The notes beneath the pieces were generated by a model. That model saw only the letters and a program-made list of their open reading frames with translations, searched no databases and was not told the origin of the DNA. 64,000 nucleotides of DNA, taken from NCBI GenBank assembly GCA_963751345.1, contig CAVVUS010000012.1, forward strand, positions 17,982-81,981, in the 5' to 3' direction. The position numbers and the translations under genes were made by a program. Shown piece after piece: positions 63,080 to 64,000 of this stretch (position 1 is its first letter; every line of letters begins with the position of its first letter). This DNA is from an uncultured Chloroflexia bacterium (GTDB taxonomy: Bacteria; Chloroflexota; Anaerolineae; B4-G1; SLSP01).

Positions 63080-63105
63080 GTACCGGTTGACCTGGTCCCT
63101 GGGAT

Positions 63106-63134
63106 TTGTCATGCTGAGCACAGCGAAAGCATCT
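63106..63134. repeat. REP-like short repeat related to 40338-40365
   Basis: TTGTCATGCTGAGCACAGCGAAAGCATCT between convergent genes. Confidence 0.6.
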
Positions 63135-64000
63135 CAGCCTCGCGAGGTCACGCGGGCCAGGGCCCGATTGAGTGCCTCAATGCTCGGCGGCTTCGACAGC
63201 AACAGATCGACGTCTACAGGTATGTCATTCTCCGCTCGTAAACGCTGTCCCCAGCCTGTCAACAGGATCACCGGCGTCTCCGGCGACGCCTCCTTCACAG
63301 TCTGGGCCACCTTGCGTCCATCCACGTAGGGCATGCCCAGATCGGTAATCACCACCTCGAATGGCTGGCCCTGTTGGCGTGCTACATAGAATGCCTCCAG
63401 CCCCGACTCTCCGCCGTCGGCGAGTGCCACCGTGTGCCCTTGAGCCTCCAGTGCATCCCTCATGGCTTCACGCACCAGCGGCTCGTCGTCAATACACAGG
63501 ATTCGCAAGGGCGCCGGTGGCACAGGAGAGGCATCTTCGATGATGGCCTCCTCGACCATCTCGCCCACCGGGAAGATCAGCCGCATCGTCGTTCCCCCGC
63601 CAGGGACACTATCAGCTTGCACGTCGCCACCGTGCCGCTGCATCGTACCATAAACCGTCGCCAGCCCCATCCCGCTTCCCCGCGCCCCTTTGGTGGTGAA
63701 AAAGGGCTCGAACGCCCTTGCCAGAATCTCCTCCGCCATGCCGATGCCGGTATCGATCACCTCGAGGATCACGCGTTCGGACGGATCCGGACCTTCACGC
63801 GTACGTGGTCAACTTGCCCCCCTGGGCTTGCGTCTACGGCGTTGAGGATCAAGTTGGTCACAGCCTGGCGAATCTCAGCCTCGTTTCCCATCACCGGCGA
63901 TAGATCCTCCTGAAGATCAGTCTGCAGGTCGATGGTGATCCCCTGCTCCTGAGGAACATCACGCCAACGCGGGCGCGTCAACTCGATCGCCTGTTGCACT
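63134..64000 (-). CDS. Hybrid histidine kinase with C-terminal receiver; 5' part outside window; frameshift near 63790-63820
   Basis: NLILNAVDA, DTGIGM..FEPFFTTK..GSGMGL, ILCIDDE, TDLGMP, LSKP. Confidence 0.92.

Overview
A GC-rich chromosomal window from a bacterium that is probably anaerobic. Gene content and intergenic repeats suggest Chloroflexota/Anaerolineae, which is an inference. About 15 otherwise intact genes carry single-base frameshifts, which looks like uncorrected long-read error, so split ORFs were merged by eye. All product calls come from motif recognition, not database searches. The window holds a CPH-type Cu P-type ATPase, several sugar-catabolism genes (GH29 fucosidase, a GH42-like hydrolase, DUF2961/GH172, a Weimberg xylonate operon, an RspA/ManD-type dehydratase), an archaeal-type split glutamate synthase operon under a FadR regulator, a PadR-NifX/NifX/2x FeS-ATPase operon, and a secreted HExxH protein + HEAT protein + membrane protein module. 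It also holds two ABC exporter loci, RNase J, a polar amino-acid ABC importer whose permease is fused to an RDD-like domain, five toxin-antitoxin-like pairs and several REP-like palindrome families. The strongest non-coding signal is a c-di-AMP (ydaO/yuaA) riboswitch with extra hairpins and a terminator, upstream of a zinc-ribbon ABC exporter + DUF1854 operon. Two other long structured leaders (upstream of rnj and upstream of an ABC exporter pair) and a LexA-boxed promoter ahead of a decayed gene are also notable. No rRNA, tRNA, CRISPR array or intact transposase was seen.
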